Source of the DNA: Selaginella moellendorffii | Taxonomy: Eukaryota > Plantae > Lycopodiophyta | Assembly (NCBI RefSeq): GCF_000143415.4 | Contig: NW_003314304.1 | Span: 1,292,841-1,356,840 of the forward strand | DNA length: 64,000 bases | Reading direction: 5' to 3' | Shown: positions 31,821 to 41,310 of the stretch, in pieces | Layout of the letters: each line of letters opens with the position of its first letter | Position numbering within the stretch: position 1 is the first letter of the stretch | The notes under the pieces: model-generated | What the model was told of the DNA's origin: nothing | Seen by the model: only the letters and a program-made list of their open reading frames with translations | Databases searched by the model: none | Program-made: the position numbers and the translations under genes

Positions 31821-33338
31821 TTAATGCATTTTTGCTGCCGCTTTTTGAGCCAGATACAAGCTTGCCAAGCGAGGAGACTCGATTCCTCTTGGCTCAATGA
31901 ATCCTAGAGTCTCATTCCCAGTGCTTCCCAGCGATTGTATCGTGTTTCCAATGGCCCAGTTTGCTGCTTGTGGAGGTTTCACAACTTCCAACACTTTGGT
32001 GTGACAGTTCCACACAACACTAAATCCAGAAGTATAGCCATGATGTTTGTATGGCCTATTGCGCAGGCTGATCGTCCCATTTTCAAACTTCATGCTGTCA
32101 TACAGGATCCCAGTTGCAAAATGAGCGTGAGGCTCCGCGTGTGAGCTCCCATATGCGGTGCTGTTAAAGAAAACATTTGGACCATTTGCTTGGTCCCGGG
32201 TCATGTAGCTGAACTGGGAGCTTCCTCCTTGGATGACGCTGTTCTTGACGAGGATCTGGGAGCCTGGAAAGGCAATGGCGAGATCAGCAAATTTTGGACC
32301 TTTCATCGGGCCCGGAATAGTCCGGATGAGATTCAAGCCCTCGACTGTGATCCTCTTTCCAGTGACAGTCATGGTATCGCCTCCAAAGTCGACAGCCACG
32401 ACATTTCTCACCCAAGAGTCCTCCACCTGAGCGATGTTGAGAAAGGTGCCACGGCCGACAGGGAGAACTTTGTCCTGGACAGCCTTGAAGTTCTCGAGAC
32501 CGACGTGGGATACTCGTCCAGAGATCTCCACCTTGACCAAATAAGCCGGCTGTGACGAGCTCAGGTACCTGAGATCAACACGAAATGGAACCGGGATGTC
32601 GAGAAACACCATGTTCTTTTCGCCGTTAACTCTGGAAACTCTGCGCTCGATGGAAGTAACCGCAAAGTTTCCCCATCTCTCGCTCATATTCATCATCTGG
32701 ATCCACCTGGAAGTCATCGGCCAGACGATCGAGACGAGATCGCCGGGTTTGAATCCACAAGACGAGTCGAGCTTCACATAGTTAGAACCGGAGGGAACAG
32801 TCTCGACAATAGCAGCTCTGTGACCAACCTCTGTGATGGTTTGCTGTGGACTCTCGACTGAGAACAAAGCGTGGACGTCCATGCCATCCTCGGCTATGGA
32901 AACATTTGCGTGGAGGATGGTTTCGCTACTGCTGCTCCCGGTGATGAGAATTCCACTGGTGTTGATGGTGAAGTGGTGGCCTCGAACGTCGAAATTTCCA
33001 CTTGAGAGCTGGATTGCTCCCCGGAAACCTGTGCAGGGATCGAGTGGCAAGGAGGAGAGCTCGTTGATGGCATGCTGGATGGATTCACCGTCGCTCTTGT
33101 TGGTGTCTTTACAGTTGCGAGCAGGATAGAGGACAACTTTCACTGGTACCTCTGGCAGTTTGGCATCTCTTCCCAAGTATCCCACCGACGAAAAATCCAT
33201 GATCGTGTCACCTGCATTGGTGGGTTTGTAGACGAGTTTGCTGGTGTTGGCGTCAAGAGATACCCAGTAGATTGGAACGCCTTGAGTTACATGTAGGCAA
33301 GAAAATATTGCGATCATGAAGAGCACAGAAAGAGCCAT
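31821..33338 (-). CDS. Secreted parallel beta-helix (pectate-lyase-like) protein, bacterial-like, paralog A (probable chimera)
   Basis: Signal peptide MALSVLFMIAIFSCLHVTQG from the ATG at 33338, then DFSSVGYLG, IQHAINE...GFRGAIQL, GPNVFFNS, PHAHFATGILYD, WNC, PPQAANWAIG. Intronless. Confidence 0.8.
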   Translation of the reverse strand: MALSVLFMIAIFSCLHVTQGVPIYWVSLDANTSKLVYKPTNAGDTIMDFSSVGYLGRDAKLPEVPVKVVLYPARNCKDTNKSDGESIQHAINELSSLPLDPCTGFRGAIQLSSGNFDVRGHHFTINTSGILITGSSSSETILHANVSIAEDGMDVHALFSVESPQQTITEVGHRAAIVETVPSGSNYVKLDSSCGFKPGDLVSIVWPMTSRWIQMMNMSERWGNFAVTSIERRVSRVNGEKNMVFLDIPVPFRVDLRYLSSSQPAYLVKVEISGRVSHVGLENFKAVQDKVLPVGRGTFLNIAQVEDSWVRNVVAVDFGGDTMTVTGKRITVEGLNLIRTIPGPMKGPKFADLAIAFPGSQILVKNSVIQGGSSQFSYMTRDQANGPNVFFNSTAYGSSHAEPHAHFATGILYDSMKFENGTISLRNRPYKHHGYTSGFSVVWNCHTKVLEVVKPPQAANWAIGNTIQSLGSTGNETLGFIEPRGIESPRLASLYLAQKAAAKMH

Positions 33339-33499
33339 TTTTGCTCGAGCTTCCCTGATTTTTTCTCTTTGATTCATAGTTCGTACAGGAAATGATATAG
33401 TCACTCTTGCTTTGGACTTTAGCCTGGAACTAATGACAACGTCATGTCTGATGAAAAGATCGAGACAAAATGCAGGCCAAGTGAGAAAGACTTTTAACT

Positions 33500-33580
33500 T
33501 AACCATCATTTTCAAAGTGATGAAACCTCGTCGTACATGTGGAATAATTTTCCTCTTGGAGATTCTGGAAATGGATTGTG
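33500..33580 (-). pseudogene. DYW-domain C-terminal relic
   Basis: ISRISKRKII followed, after a frameshift, by RFHHFENDG. Matches 41320-41352. Confidence 0.7.
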
Positions 33581-33623
33581 TCGTGGAATGCTCTGGACCA
33601 AACTGGCAATTGAAAAGGCTTAA

Positions 33624-33700
33624 TCTTGGGCAAATGCTGCAATGACGGTGTTCCATGATGTTCTATCCTGTTCGGGCATTTTGTAAACCATTACTTCTAA
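33624..33700 (-). pseudogene. Short PPR fragment related to 31020-31097
   Basis: tcttgggcaaatgctgcaatgacggtgttcca is identical to 31020 onward. Confidence 0.75.
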
Positions 33701-33808
33701 ATAGAGGACGAATCATGGCATCTCGCGAGGTCCAGAAAAGAAATCTTGATTAATAATCTGATTATTAGCTGAAGGCTATAAACACGATCACTAACACCAG
33801 CTATTTAC

Positions 33809-33878
33809 TATTAGTAATGGGATTCAAACCCATGCCCTTGCAGACTAGTACCTGAAACTAGAGGCTTAGATCAACTCG
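33809..33878 (-). pseudogene. tRNA-Leu(CAG) pseudogene, 5'-truncated
   Basis: Minus strand CGAGTTGATCTAAGCCTCTAGTTTCAGGTACTAGTCTGCAAGGGCATGGGTTTGAATCCCATT follows the plant tRNA-Leu(CAG) pattern, with TTC>TTT in the T-loop and the 5' acceptor strand missing. Confidence 0.8.
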
Positions 33879-33965
33879 AAATTGTACAAATGCATTTTCA
33901 CATCCAAGGTTTATCATTGTTAGCACTTGATTGAAACCAATTTCTTTGTAAACTGACTATGCCTA

Positions 33966-35322
33966 CAGTGGATAAAGTGTAAGAAAACCAACTATGTCTA
34001 CTATGGACAGTGATTATTGAACATTTTATTTGATCTAATTGAATTATAAATTTATCATTTGGTAAATTGATTAATCAATTCATGAGCTTATATTCATGAG
34101 TTGATTTATCACTTCATGATGTTTCTGGGTTGCCTATATTTAAAATTTTGAACTAAATATAGTTATTAATATATCTAGCTATTTTTCTTATTTTAAAATT
34201 AACTAATATCAATATCAAGTATTGAACCTTAATTCTACTGTAAAAACCTAAATAAAACCACTTATTCATAGGGGTTTAAATATAAAGGGAAAGGGTTTAT
34301 AGAAAAAAATTAATCTTTTCTAATGCATTGTGCAGAAATGACAATCTAATGGACAGTCTAGATATTATAGCATCGTTGCTTGATACTCACTTGGAATTTA
34401 AAATTGAAAAAGAGAATTCAAAGCTCAGATAGGCTAAAAATATTTGGAAGATTTTGCATGATCAATGAGTTCCTTCCACTTCCATGACTAATATCCAGCT
34501 GCATCACAACAAAAGAAGACTATGAACTTGAAAGTCAAATTAAAAGATATTTAGGGTTAAGTGTATTAATTTTAAATAGTATTGGGTTGAGTTACGATAC
34601 TTGAGGTTAAATGTTCTTAAATTTGAATAGTGACCTCTTAAGAAGTATAAATTTAAGAATTTACACTACTAAGATGTGAATGCAACCTATAAAAGCCTTA
34701 AGGAAAGAATACTAGCCAGAAAAAAAAGCACCATAAAGCAAGATATTTATATGAAATGTTACAAGCCTTAAACCAACTCCTCTCTACACTCTAAATATTA
34801 AACACAACATCCCAGCCACAAATGCTTAATTGCAAGTCACTTTAAGCATTATTAAAGATCCTTTCACACCACCTAACCACCTCACCTCCAAACCTTATAC
34901 CATGAGTTTTTTTGTTTCCTAACATTAAATAACACAACTATATCACTCTATAGCCATCTTGGATGTAATGTTTATTACATTCTACACACCTATTTGATGT
35001 TATCTTTTGCATGCCTAAAGGTTGAAGTCTTGCTTTACTTCTTCAGCCCTTTATAGAACCTTCACCATCATACTTGGAAACTTAACCAAAGTGAAGTAGT
35101 TGGTCTAATAATTCTCCAGTATTTTAAACTCTATGATTTATAATAAATTCACCAATAAACTATTATGATCAATCAACTATTGAATTGATGAAACAAATCA
35201 TCAATTATCAAAGCATTCATTGATCAATTAAATCATGAACTGATCAATCAACTCATGATTTGATCAATTTATAATTCAATTTAACTATAATTGATCAATA
35301 ATCAAGCACACTTTTTCCACTA
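33966..35322. mobile_element. Non-autonomous TIR DNA transposon, Tc1/mariner-pogo-like, with TA target-site duplication
   Basis: TA|CAGTGGATAAAGTGT ... ACACTTTTTCCACTA|TA. Imperfect inverted homology continues about 150 bp (aattgaattataaatt, tcatgagttgatt.atca.ttcatgat). No transposase ORF. Confidence 0.7.
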
Positions 35323-37422
35323 TAGCCTTCTTTACTGGATAATTCAGCAAGATGGCTTGGTGTTGCAAAATGTTTAAGAGTGTGTTCATTCACACATTGG
35401 CAATTTCATTTTTAGACAGCTGAATTTCTTATTGAAAAGCTGATAGATAACACTTGAATCAGTTGTAACTTATCATGTCATGATACAAGCCTGCCAAGAA
35501 TTGCGGGACTTGTTTGGGTTGGGCAGAATTAGGTACCCAGGCGAAAAATGGGCCCCTTGCCCTAGTGGGCTTGCAAGAGTTTTGTAAACTCTAGAACCAA
35601 GATGGAGATCTTAGTACAAACAAAGCAAGTGAAGATTGAAAGGCTTCGGAATGCACTTCTTGCTTGCTGTGGAACTATGGATACAATCCTTCAGGAGGAG
35701 GAAGAGGAAGAGGCGGAATCCAGCCGGCACTCTTCGGCAGACGAGAGCTCCGATGACGAGGTACGAATGGTGCTTAATACCAGTGGATTCTTTTGCACAG
35801 GAGAACCACTACGCAAGTTTTGCTCAATGCTCAGTGCTTGGGCCCTGGGGCTGAGCTAGAAGTGAGAAAGTTGTGGATCTCTGCTTGTGAGCATTTGTTT
35901 TGAACAGCAACAACAACTGACCAGTTGTTTTGAAGTGCAAAGAACAATGTCCCTTCATTGTATGCAACAGTTTGTTTTAGAAATTCATCACATCTGGCAA
36001 ATGCATAGTTTAACTACAAGACTTCACAATTGTATCTTTCACCAACCAATCCACTCTAATCTTCATAGGTATTACTTTATTCTCTTCTTTTCCTTCTGTT
36101 GAATCACTTTTAGTTCTTGTTCAACAACAAAAGCATTTGTAGATTGTGGTGGCTTCTTCACATCTTGCCCAGAAACATCTTATAATGATGGCACAACACG
36201 CTGGACAATGGCCTTCCTCATGCCTCAAGTCTTATGCTAAACCTCCCAAGGTTGTGATCTTGTGAGAGAAATGATACCAATCAAATTAATTGCTATGGCA
36301 AGTTTCACCTGCGGAAGTATCTCCACAGTTATAAGTACCATTGGCTGCTTGGATAAAAAATGTCAATGGGGAACTCTAGATGTGTGATTGGCTTGGATTG
36401 GTCTTTAGAGTTTAGTTCTGTTAGGTTGATTTTATGTATACTGTTCTAGAAGGAATAGGCCAGATTACTTGACATATGAGAAAAAATTGGTATGTAAGGA
36501 TATGTCAATATGGTCATTACCCTTAATTTATTAACTTAAGTTTTGAAGAATTTTCGTAAGTTTAAAACTTAACCCCCTGTTTACCTTAAAGTGTTTTGAT
36601 TCATACTTTAACAAACCCTTGTTGAATCAAGTCTCCCCCTCTAACTCCCATCTTTCAAGCTCCAAAGCCCCACAATTCATGTGGGATTTTGATTGGTCCC
36701 AGAATTTTTCACAAGTTTTCGCAGAATTTCTCGTGGCACAGTGCAAAGATCCTTCATGGGTCATCAAGCACTAGAAGAACATTTAGGTGTGAGATTGGAA
36801 CCACGATAGAGAGCCAAAAACAGATCTAGCGACTGGTGGAGGTCAATTTGAATGAGAGATCCCTTGATCTAGAGCTGATTGAAGCATGCTGAGTAAGAGA
36901 GAGTTGGATAGGTTGAGATCAAGTGGCAGTGCTAGATTTGCGCACTATCTTGCGTGATTAGCAGCCCAAATCTCCTTGCAGCAATCAAAGAGCTCTTAAT
37001 GGAATAATGGCAAGTTAAGTGACTTAACTTCTGTAGCTTCCTAAAATTTAAGGGTAAAGGTAAATATAAGGGATATACATAAGCATTGATACATAGCTTA
37101 AAGGTTTATGTGAAACCAAATTACTTAAACAATCACTTTTAACTTTAAGGGTAAGGGTCAGTGCAAAAAAGCCCTAATACCAAAGTAATATTATACTCAT
37201 AGTTAGGCATACAATGGTCCAAATGTAGGTAGAGGGTTTGGCACTGGATGATAACCAAAACTTATCATCCAAAATTGTACTGAAAATATTGGACCAAAGA
37301 AGCATGCTTTCCATTGTGAACAACCTTATTAAGGAATTTGAAGTGATTTTTTGTTTTGACTAGTTTGATTTGATGTGGAAGTATTTTTTTAAATAACAAA
37401 ACTTTACAGTGGAACATTTTTG

Positions 37423-38958
37423 TTAGTTCTCATATTTTTGTTCAGAAGTTTCAATTTTTGCAGCTGCTTTTTGGGCCAAATACAGACTTGCCAAGCGATG
37501 AGACTCAATTCCTCTTGGCTCGATAAATCCTGGAGTCTCATCCCCAATGCTTCCCAGAGATTGAGTGGTGCCTCCAATGGCCCAGTTTGCTGCTTGTGGA
37601 GGTTTCACAACTTCCAACACCTTGGTGTGACAGTTCCACACAACACTATATCCAGAAGTGTAGCCGTGATCCTTGTATGGCCTGTTGATCAAGCTGATTG
37701 TCCCACTCTCAAACTTCATGTTATCATATAAGATCCCAGTTGCAAAGTGAGCGTGAGGCTCCGCAGGTGCGCTCCCATATCCAGTGCTGTTGAAGAAAAC
37801 GTTTGGACCATTCGCTTGATCGCGGGTCATGTAGATGAACTGAGTGCTTCCTCCTTCGATGATGCTGTTCTTGACGAGGATCTGGGAGCCTGGAAAGGCA
37901 ATGGCGAGATCAGCTGGTTTTGGACCATGCCTCGGGCCTGGAAGCGTCCGGATGAGATTCAAGCCCTCGACTGTGATCCTCTTTCCAGTGACAGTCATGG
38001 TATCTCCTCCAAAGTCGACAGCCACAACATTTCTCACCCAAGAGTCCTCCACCTGCGCGAGGCTGAGAAAGCTGCCACGACCGTAAGGGGGAACTTTGTC
38101 CTGGACAGCCTTAAAGTTCTCGAGACCGACTTGGGATACTCGTCCAGAGATCTCCACCTTGACCAAGTACGCCGGTTGTGACGAGCTCAGGTACTCTAGA
38201 TCAACACGAAATGGAACCGGGACGTCGAGAAATACCGTGTTTTTCTCGGCGTCAACCCTGATAACTCTGCGCTCGATGGACGTTTCCGCATAGTTCCCCC
38301 ATCTCTCGCTCATCTTCATCATCTGGATCCACTTGGAAGTCATCGGCCAGACGATCGAGACGAGATCGCCGGGTTTGAGTCCACTAGACGAGTCGAGCTT
38401 CACGTACCTAGAACCGGAAGGAACAGTCTCGACTATAGCAGCTCTGTGACCAACCTCTGAGATAGTCTGCTGTGGACTCTCGACCGAGAACAAAGCGTAG
38501 ACGTGCATGCCATCCTCGGCTATGGAGACATTTGCGTGGAGGATGGTTTCGCTACTGCTGCTGCCGGTGATGAGAATTCCACTCGCGTTGATGGTAAAGT
38601 GGTGGCCTCGAACGTCAAAAACTCCACTTGAGAGCTGGATTGCTCCTCGGAAGCCTGTGGAGGGATCGAGTGGCAAGGAGGAGACCTCGTCGATGGCTTG
38701 CTGGATGGCATCGCCATCGCTTTTGCTGCTGCCACCAGATCGAACGGGATAGAGAGTTCTTCTCACAGGCACGTTATCTGGGAGAGTTGCATCGCTGCCC
38801 AAGTATCCCACCGCTGAAAAATCCATGATAGTATCGCCTGCGCTGGTGGATTTGTAAACGAGCTTGTTGCCATTGTCACTGTCCAATGACACCCAATATG
38901 TGGGGGCACAAAAAACTGTAACACAACCAAAAACTAAAGTGAGCAAAAGAGTAAGCAT
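37423..38958 (-). CDS. Secreted parallel beta-helix (pectate-lyase-like) protein, paralog B
   Basis: 511-aa intronless ORF with signal peptide and the same motifs as paralog A. Confidence 0.82.
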   Translation of the reverse strand: MLTLLLTLVFGCVTVFCAPTYWVSLDSDNGNKLVYKSTSAGDTIMDFSAVGYLGSDATLPDNVPVRRTLYPVRSGGSSKSDGDAIQQAIDEVSSLPLDPSTGFRGAIQLSSGVFDVRGHHFTINASGILITGSSSSETILHANVSIAEDGMHVYALFSVESPQQTISEVGHRAAIVETVPSGSRYVKLDSSSGLKPGDLVSIVWPMTSKWIQMMKMSERWGNYAETSIERRVIRVDAEKNTVFLDVPVPFRVDLEYLSSSQPAYLVKVEISGRVSQVGLENFKAVQDKVPPYGRGSFLSLAQVEDSWVRNVVAVDFGGDTMTVTGKRITVEGLNLIRTLPGPRHGPKPADLAIAFPGSQILVKNSIIEGGSTQFIYMTRDQANGPNVFFNSTGYGSAPAEPHAHFATGILYDNMKFESGTISLINRPYKDHGYTSGYSVVWNCHTKVLEVVKPPQAANWAIGGTTQSLGSIGDETPGFIEPRGIESHRLASLYLAQKAAAKIETSEQKYEN

Positions 38959-39528
38959 GCTTGAGAGATTATATACTGCTCTAAACTATCAAAATCAGCC
39001 TACATTTTATAGTGGAAAACCACGACAAAATGTTATAAGAGAGTTTAATACGGCATGGCAAAGGTTGGAGAAAGAACATTTTCATTCTTTCAGGACAAAT
39101 TCAAGAGGATTCGAATCGATATCTGGAAACACCGTGAATCTTATACGTTGACCGGTCTTTGGCCGCGCAGATACATTGTCCTATCCTGGAATTATAAACC
39201 CTTCTACCGCATGTAAATAATTTCACATCTTGATTTGCATTGCTTCCTTGATTTTCCCATATGAAACTTTGGCCTTGTTCCTGTTACCAAAGAAGAGGAA
39301 GATTGCACTGAGAAGAATATGGACTTCGTGTCTGATTTTTTACACTGTCACTACAAATTTCTGACACTTACGCTTCCAATTATCTGGCGTTTATGTGGTT
39401 TTGCAAACCAACTCGGCATGCAAACGAGGTGTCCTAGAAACGTTTTTGTGTTGCTTATTCATCCTAGACATATGTTGAAAGTTTCAAAGGGTATATCCAT
39501 AAATTTGACGTGTATTGACTTTCTTTGC

Positions 39529-41067
39529 TCACATTTTTGCGACCTTTTTTTGAGCCAGGTACAAGCTTGTCAAACGATCAGACTCGATTCCTCCCGGCTC
39601 GATGAATCCCGGCGTTTCGTCTCCAATGCTTCCCAGCGATTTCGCGTTGCATCCAATCGCCCAGTTGGCCGCCTGTGGAGGATTGATCACCTTGAGCACC
39701 GTCGCGTTACAGTTCCATGCGACACTAAACCCGGATGTGTAGCCGTGAGTGATGGTCGCTCGATTCACCAGGCTCAGCGTTCCACCCACCAAGTTCATGT
39801 TGTCGTACAAGATCCCTGTCGCAAAGTGGCTGTGAGGTTCCGCTGGCGAGCTTCCATAGCCGGTGCTGTTGAAGAACACGTTGGGACCATTTGCCTGGTT
39901 CCTGGTGATGTAGCTAAACTGAAAATCTCCTCCCCGAATGACGCTGTTCTTTACGAGGATCTGTGAGCCTGGAAATTGGATGGCGAGATCTGCTCGTTTG
40001 GCGCCATACCTGTTGCTCTGGATGGTCCTCTCAAGGTGCAAGTTGTCGACGGTGACCTTCGTGCCGGCGATAGTAACAGTGTCTCCTCCAAAGTCCACAG
40101 CAGCGACGTTTCTCACCCACGAGTTCTCCACTCGCTGGATGTTGAGGAAGTTCCCGGCACCGTACGGAAGAACTTTGTCCTGGACTGCTTTAAAGTTCTC
40201 GAGACCAACGTGGCTTGTTCTTCCGGAGATGTTCACCTTGACCAAGTAGGCCGGCTGCGCGGTGCTCAGGTACGCTAGATCGATCCGGAAAGAAACTGGG
40301 ACGTCGAGGAAGACTCTGCTGCTCGCGTTGTCGATACTGGCGACTTTGCGTTCGATGTATGTTGACGAAGCATTCGACCACCTGTGCGTCATGTTCATGG
40401 TCTGGATCCACGCGGAGCTCATCGGCCAAACGATCCTCACGAGGTCCCCAGGATTGATGTCTCGAGTTGAGTTGAGCTGCACGAACCTGGATCCCGACGG
40501 CACTGTTGCTATGATCGCGGTTTTCGAGCCAATCTCCGAGACCTTTTCTTGCGGACTCTCCACAGAGAAAAGAGGATAGAAGTGGGGAAAGGTACTGTCA
40601 TCGCCGTCGACGCGGGAAACGCTTGCCTGGAGAATTGTTTCTTCGCTGCTGCTACCGGTGATGACAATTCCACTGGTGTTGATGGTAAAGCGGTGGCCTC
40701 GAACATCAAAGACTCCACTCGAAAGCTGGATTGCTCCACGGTAACCTGTAGAAAGATCCAGAGGCAAGGAAGAAACCTCATTGATGGCCTGCTGGATGGA
40801 TTCACCATCGCTCTTGTTGCTGCCTTTGTAGTTGCGAGCAGGATAGAGGGCAACTTTCACTGGTATGTTGTCTGGCAGTGCGGCATCCCTTCCCAAGTAT
40901 CCCACGGCCGAAAAATCCATGATTGTGTCACCTGCATTGGTGGGTTTGTAGACGAGTTTGCTGGTGTTGGCCTCAAGTGACACCCAGTAGATTGGAACGC
41001 CTTGAATTACATCTAGACAAGAAAATCTTACAATGATGAGTAGCAGCAAGAGCGCAGGAAGAGTCAT
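39529..41067 (-). CDS. Secreted parallel beta-helix (pectate-lyase-like) protein, paralog C
   Basis: 512-aa intronless ORF with signal peptide and the same motifs. Confidence 0.82.
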   Translation of the reverse strand: MTLPALLLLLIIVRFSCLDVIQGVPIYWVSLEANTSKLVYKPTNAGDTIMDFSAVGYLGRDAALPDNIPVKVALYPARNYKGSNKSDGESIQQAINEVSSLPLDLSTGYRGAIQLSSGVFDVRGHRFTINTSGIVITGSSSEETILQASVSRVDGDDSTFPHFYPLFSVESPQEKVSEIGSKTAIIATVPSGSRFVQLNSTRDINPGDLVRIVWPMSSAWIQTMNMTHRWSNASSTYIERKVASIDNASSRVFLDVPVSFRIDLAYLSTAQPAYLVKVNISGRTSHVGLENFKAVQDKVLPYGAGNFLNIQRVENSWVRNVAAVDFGGDTVTIAGTKVTVDNLHLERTIQSNRYGAKRADLAIQFPGSQILVKNSVIRGGDFQFSYITRNQANGPNVFFNSTGYGSSPAEPHSHFATGILYDNMNLVGGTLSLVNRATITHGYTSGFSVAWNCNATVLKVINPPQAANWAIGCNAKSLGSIGDETPGFIEPGGIESDRLTSLYLAQKKVAKM

Positions 41068-41310
41068 TTTTTGCTTGAAAAATTAGAGCTTTTGTTTGAT
41101 AATTTCGTCATGATTTATCTTTTTCTCAATGTCGGGTAGTTCCTTTGGACTCTAGCCTGGAACCAATTTCTACGTCAATAATGTATGATGGGACGAATAC
41201 TTTGCCCACGATCTAGTGTCTAGTGAACGTAAAAATCTGGAAAATTACTTGGCATTGAAATTAGATGCCTCTAAACTTATCAGTAGCCTTTGCAGCAGCA
41301 AGTAAAGTGA

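Noticed and set aside
33339-33656. 106-aa N-terminal extension of the 611-aa ORF
   Set aside because: It is read-through of PPR/DYW relics and upstream DNA. The paralogs start at the signal-peptide Met equivalent to 33338.
35602-37180. Small acidic ORF and possible MULE/Harbinger-like inverted ends (ttacccttaa ... ttaagggtaa)
   Set aside because: The inverted match is short, no TSD or transposase motif was found and the ORF has no recognisable family.
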